Shown: piece by piece, positions 26,594 through 30,862 of the stretch | Layout: each line of letters begins with the position of its first letter | How positions within the stretch are numbered: position 1 is the stretch's first letter | Source: a virus | Lineage: Duplodnaviria; Caudoviricetes | Reading direction: 5' to 3' (one strand) | Virus record (IMG/VR): IMGVR_UViG_3300032281_001136 | Span: 1-30,862 of that record | Length of the DNA: 30,862 nt | Translations under genes and position numbers: made by a program | The notes under the pieces: generated by a model | Told to the model about the DNA's origin: nothing | The model's input: the letters and a program-made list of their open reading frames with translations, nothing else | Databases searched by the model: none

Positions 26594-27003
26594 AAGGTGT
26601 AGGTACTTTTATCTATTGTACCGCTACTCAACGCTATCTTTTTTTACTGCGTAATACTACAAAATACTCTGGAACTTGGGGGCTTGCTGGTGGCAAGATT
26701 GATGCTGGCGAATATTTATTGTCATCATTGCACCGAGAGCTAAAAGAAGAATTAGGATATGATTTCATTGACGTTAAAGTTATTCCTATAGAAAAATTTA
26801 CCAGCGACAATAATCATTTTAGTTATCATACTTTTTTAATACCCATAGATGAAGAATTTACTCCTGCATTAAATTACGAACATCGTGGATATTGTTGGGT
26901 TAGTTTAGAAGATCATCCTAAACCTTTACACCCAGGTGTGTGGCGAACGATCAATTTTAAATCTGTGGTTGAGAAGATTAAGACTTTAGAAGCAGTATTA
27001 TAA
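26575..27003 (+). CDS. Nudix hydrolase
   Basis: Nudix box GGKIDAGEYLLSSLHRELKEELG and LNYEH...W; probable start GTG 26575 rather than 26521. Confidence 0.88.
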   Translation: MDTGHIEGVGTFIYCTATQRYLFLLRNTTKYSGTWGLAGGKIDAGEYLLSSLHRELKEELGYDFIDVKVIPIEKFTSDNNHFSYHTFLIPIDEEFTPALNYEHRGYCWVSLEDHPKPLHPGVWRTINFKSVVEKIKTLEAVL

Positions 27004-27735
27004 TCCTGCTTCAATAATAAAATCATTGCGAGACATAGTTCTAACATTAGTGCAATATCGCCAAGATTCAGGCAATCTTTCAGTGTTGTGTTCAGTTACT
27101 CGTATAAATTCAACATTTTTATAGATATCAAATATATTTTTTTTATCATTAATCCATTTGTCTTCCAACACTAAACTACGTTTACTATCGTATCCATTAG
27201 TATCAGAATAGATATTATAATTAAATCCTGGTGTGTCTTGACCATCAAAACCTAACATGAATATTTTTTTATGTCCATCAAAACAGGCAAGATAAAGTGC
27301 GACTGTACCAGCATCACTGTAAGGATCATGCGGTATTAGATAAAATTTATTTGGATATTCTAATAAATGTATAGAATTAGTATAAACTACATTATCTTTA
27401 ACATATTGACTTTCTGCTACTTCTTTGATGATATCAGGATGACCAGACACAACTAAAAAGTCTGGGTGAAAATCTCTATACAGTGCATTACACCCATAGG
27501 TCTGCACTGTTTCGGCTCCTAATAGACCACTAAAATTTTTAAGGTGTTTAAGTTCAAAAGCCAATCTGCCAGGACCATTACCAAGTACAACCGCACGATT
27601 AGATATTTGATTGTTAGTTACAGCATTAGGCACATGCTCAACAATATCTTGCCAAATACCGTCGGCGTATTTGCGGTCAACAACAATCTTTTCACCTTGA
27701 TAATATCTACGATACCGTTCTTGAGTTTTTAACAT
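26998..27735 (-). CDS. DUF115/MptE-like or GT29-like Rossmann-fold protein (possible glycosyltransferase)
   Basis: AVVLGNGPG, YGCNALYRDFHPDFLV and AG..ALYLA...GHKKIFMLGFD pattern. Confidence 0.6.
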   Translation of the reverse strand: MLKTQERYRRYYQGEKIVVDRKYADGIWQDIVEHVPNAVTNNQISNRAVVLGNGPGRLAFELKHLKNFSGLLGAETVQTYGCNALYRDFHPDFLVVSGHPDIIKEVAESQYVKDNVVYTNSIHLLEYPNKFYLIPHDPYSDAGTVALYLACFDGHKKIFMLGFDGQDTPGFNYNIYSDTNGYDSKRSLVLEDKWINDKKNIFDIYKNVEFIRVTEHNTERLPESWRYCTNVRTMSRNDFIIEAGL

Positions 27736-27744
27736 GTTGGCCCA

Positions 27745-30700
27745 TTATTCAATATAAGTAGTGTAGACTCTAACATTAGCATTAGTCATACCAGTATTAG
27801 TGGTAAAGTATAATTGTACATTACCTGCAAGTACATTGGCACTTAGTACACCCATCGTTGTGCCATTATTAACAACACCATATGTAGTGATATAAGCATT
27901 ACCGGCTTGGTCTGTTACTAATAATGCTTCATATGCTTCCATATTAGTTGCACCTTTTTTAGCACTAACAACATATTTGGCACTAGTGTATCGAGTTTGT
28001 GTAAATGTATCTAATACATACGGAGTTGCGTTAGCTACAATATTAACATTAGTTCCTCTGGCAGCAATCTTAGTATCATTGACCAAACTTAAGATACCTT
28101 CTGCGTTGATAGATTGTCTGACTGTTGCTGCTGCAAACCCGCCGGTGATATTAGCATACGTACCAGACCCTTCTGATACATCAAATACCATATATCCGTT
28201 AGCAGATGCTAAACTGTTAATACTTTGATTTGTAGTTAGTTTACGTACATTAATTGCATCATTTGCGTCTGGGGCTTCTGTAAACACCAATGTATTGCCT
28301 GTAATTGCGTATGATGTGACTGGAATTTGTAATACACCGTTGATACTAACAATACAACTATTGGTTGATGATGCATTACTCAATATAAAGGTGGTTTGTA
28401 CACCATTACCAGTAAATGATTGATCAGTGATCACAGTGGTCTGCGCACTTCCTGGGACAGCCCATTGTCCGCCATCATACCATTCAAGATTGTTTATGCT
28501 GGTATTATAACGTAACATACCTTGTAGATCAATATTACCTGTATTGCTCGGACGTTGTGCTGTTGACCCTACTGGAATTAGCATTGAGTCTGTAGCACGA
28601 ACAGCTAATGTAGCGCCGAGTACTGGGGTTGCATTATTTGCAAATGCACCGCTATTAACTGTTAGTGTTTGCTGTGCAGTATTATAGAGTAATCCAACTG
28701 TAGAGCTTGTAGTTCTAATAATAAAGTTATCTGATGTTTGTGCGCTGTTAATTACTGCGCCGTTGGCAACCCAAATATTACTACCAAATCCTGCACCACC
28801 TGTGACAACTAATGCACCAGTTGAAGAATTAGTTGAAGATGTATTTGATAAAATTTGGAAATTATATTCTATATCGCTGAATTTAGCTACTATTCTATCT
28901 GTGGTTGTTCCGCCAGTAAAGAACAATATGTCGTTACTTAATTGTGATGTACCAATTACTAAATTACCACCAGTGGTAGTAGCATTGCCCTGCACAAGTA
29001 AATAACCATCATTGGGTTTAAAAACACTAAATTGTGGCTGATTGTAATTTTGTCCGGTAATACCTAAATTAATAAATGCCTCACCACCGGTGCTATTATC
29101 AGCATAAGCTATGAAATCGGTAGATACGTAAGAATTAGAACTGATATTCTGAATAGAAAGTGAACTGTATCCTGCTACATTAGATGTCAACAAAGCTACC
29201 TGATTAGGATCTAATGATACTTTAGCAATATCAGCACCAACAGTTAGTTGTGATTGAGATTTAATACTAATGTTGCCTGCAGCGCCGATGCCACCTTGTG
29301 TGACTATAGCGCCATTATTAAACGCAGTGCTTGGCGTTGTAGCGTTGGCGTAGAAACTTGCACTTGCTGACAGTGTCGTAAATCTACCAGTTGAAGTTGA
29401 TGCATTGCCAATCGGGGTTGAGTTAATAGCAGCAAATTGTGCAAGGCCACCAATTACATTACCAGTAATCGATGTAACACCGTTTACGGTTAAGCCACTT
29501 AGTGTTCCAACTGCACCTATGATGTTACCAGTCACATTTAAGTAACCAGTCACTGATTCGTTACCGTTTACGGTTAAGCCACTTAGTGTTCCAGCTGCAC
29601 CTATGATGTTACCAGTCACATTCAAGTAACCAGTTATGCTTTCATTGCCGTTTACGGTTAATCCACTTAGTGTTCCAGCTGCACCTATGATGTTACCAGT
29701 CACATTCAAGTAACCAGTCACTGATTCGTTACCGTTTACTGTCAATGCATTAAATATACCACCTGTGGCTAAGACATTACCTGTTGAATTTAATGCTTGG
29801 GTAGTTGTTGTACCGTTTACAGTTAAGCCACTTAGTATTCCAGATGCACCTAAAATATTACCAGTTACATTCAAGTAACCAGTTACTGATTCATTACCAT
29901 TTACTGTTAATGCATTAAATATACCAGTTGTAGCTAAGACGTTGCCTGTGGTATTAATTTGACCGGTGCTTAATGATGATGCTAATACGTTACCAGTTAC
30001 ATTCAAGTAACCAGTCACTGATTCGTTGCCGTTTACGGTTAATTCATTAAATGTACCAGCAGCACCTAAAATATTACCAGTTACATTCAAGTAACCAGTT
30101 ATGCTTTCATTGCCGTTTACGGTTAAGTTACTTAGTGTTCCAGCTGCACCTATGATGTTACCAGTTACATTTAAGTAACCAGTTATGCTTTCATTGCCGT
30201 TTATAGTTAACGCATTAAATGTACCAACTTGACCTAATACATTGCCCGTGCTGTTGATTTGTCCAGCGACCAATGTGCCAGCAATACCAGCACCGCCAGC
30301 TACTATTAAAGCACCTGTACTTGTACTTGTTGATGCAATGTTAGTTGCTAATTCTAAGTTACCGGCTTTGATTGGATCGTAAACTGTATTGTTATCAAAT
30401 ACCACATGGCCAGCACCTGGTTCGGCAAGATTACTTGCGAAAGTCCAAGTGTTGGTTTCTTGATGACGGACTACCCCAGTGTGTTGTAGAACATTACCAG
30501 CAGTGGTTAATCCAGTACCAGTGAATGATGAGTAAATACCAATGTCATAGTTGTATGGGAATGTATAACTTGGTTTTAAGAATAGTAATGGATCTTCAAC
30601 GGTAATAACATTAGCAGTAATACCAACAATGTTAGCCGCATATAAGTTACCACCAACATACAAGTCTTTAAGAACGCTGGCACCACCTTGGATGATCACT

Positions 30701-30862
30701 GCGCCATTGGTAATAGCTGTTGCATTGGTTGAGTTTGTGAATGTTGTGATACCACCAACACCTAATGTGCTGTTTAATTGTGTAGCACCGCCAATCGTTA
30801 ATGCGCCAGCAACGTTAGCCGCACCAGCTACGCTGATACCGCCATTTGGAACTACGACTGCA
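27745..30862 (-). CDS. Long tail fibre/virion fibre protein (5' end beyond window)
   Basis: Frame stays open from 30699 to the edge (AVVVPNGGISVAGAANVAG...). G/N/T/V-rich beta repeats, STSTGALIVAGGAG modules, IPVGSTAQRP...GMLRYNT...EWYDG.W motif and GNGVQTTF...INGVLQ.P domain. Confidence 0.85.
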   Translation of the reverse strand, partial: AVVVPNGGISVAGAANVAGALTIGGATQLNSTLGVGGITTFTNSTNATAITNGAVIIQGGASVLKDLYVGGNLYAANIVGITANVITVEDPLLFLKPSYTFPYNYDIGIYSSFTGTGLTTAGNVLQHTGVVRHQETNTWTFASNLAEPGAGHVVFDNNTVYDPIKAGNLELATNIASTSTSTGALIVAGGAGIAGTLVAGQINSTGNVLGQVGTFNALTINGNESITGYLNVTGNIIGAAGTLSNLTVNGNESITGYLNVTGNILGAAGTFNELTVNGNESVTGYLNVTGNVLASSLSTGQINTTGNVLATTGIFNALTVNGNESVTGYLNVTGNILGASGILSGLTVNGTTTTQALNSTGNVLATGGIFNALTVNGNESVTGYLNVTGNIIGAAGTLSGLTVNGNESITGYLNVTGNIIGAAGTLSGLTVNGNESVTGYLNVTGNIIGAVGTLSGLTVNGVTSITGNVIGGLAQFAAINSTPIGNASTSTGRFTTLSASASFYANATTPSTAFNNGAIVTQGGIGAAGNISIKSQSQLTVGADIAKVSLDPNQVALLTSNVAGYSSLSIQNISSNSYVSTDFIAYADNSTGGEAFINLGITGQNYNQPQFSVFKPNDGYLLVQGNATTTGGNLVIGTSQLSNDILFFTGGTTTDRIVAKFSDIEYNFQILSNTSSTNSSTGALVVTGGAGFGSNIWVANGAVINSAQTSDNFIIRTTSSTVGLLYNTAQQTLTVNSGAFANNATPVLGATLAVRATDSMLIPVGSTAQRPSNTGNIDLQGMLRYNTSINNLEWYDGGQWAVPGSAQTTVITDQSFTGNGVQTTFILSNASSTNSCIVSINGVLQIPVTSYAITGNTLVFTEAPDANDAINVRKLTTNQSINSLASANGYMVFDVSEGSGTYANITGGFAAATVRQSINAEGILSLVNDTKIAARGTNVNIVANATPYVLDTFTQTRYTSAKYVVSAKKGATNMEAYEALLVTDQAGNAYITTYGVVNNGTTMGVLSANVLAGNVQLYFTTNTGMTNANVRVYTTYIE
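29480..30260 (-). repeat. Intragenic 84-bp (28-aa) tandem repeats, 7 core copies plus variant spacers
   Basis: GATGTTACCAGTCACATT recurs at 29521, 29605 and 29689 (period 84); unit LTVNGNES(I/V)TGYLNVTGNIIGAAGTLSG. Confidence 0.92.

Noticed and set aside
2796-29005. Numerous short opposite-strand or nested ORFs in the track (e.g. 7769-8197, 9110-9487, 17880-18263, 25235-25528)
   Set aside because: They lie within well-supported genes and have the composition expected of shadow frames.
29480-30260. CRISPR array or DGR template/variable repeat
   Set aside because: Repeats are in-frame coding units with no unique spacers; differences are not adenine-specific and no reverse transcriptase is present in the window.
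1-30862. Alternative genetic code (stop-codon reassignment)
   Set aside because: Core genes are full length in the standard code, and TAA, TAG and TGA all end genes at tight junctions.

Overview
This is a 30.9 kb fragment of a large, AT-rich, distantly T4-like myophage genome (contractile tail, probably jumbo class) read in the standard genetic code. From left to right it holds: the 5' part of a gp32-like ssDNA-binding protein gene (missed by the ORF track), two AT-rich SGNH-type genes, a block of acidic putative internal-head/core proteins around the large terminase, a probable small terminase, an inserted radical SAM gene, a gp4-like head-completion protein, a tube-like baseplate protein, tail tube and sheath, a degenerate HNH/Zn protein, dNMP kinase and a gp13-like neck protein. 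Then come an island of small sigma70-driven genes, divergently transcribed gp14- and gp15-like genes, a Nudix hydrolase, a DUF115/glycosyltransferase-like gene and the 3' part of a long repetitive fibre gene. The most interesting signals are regulatory. (i) T4-type late promoter boxes (TAAATA/TAAGTA) sit exactly 5 nt before SD-less start codons, implying leaderless late mRNAs. (ii) A 14-bp hairpin buries the RBS of the neck gene and has the late promoter in its loop. (iii) The putative head proteins share short targeting and processing motifs. All family assignments come from motif recognition by eye; no database search was run.
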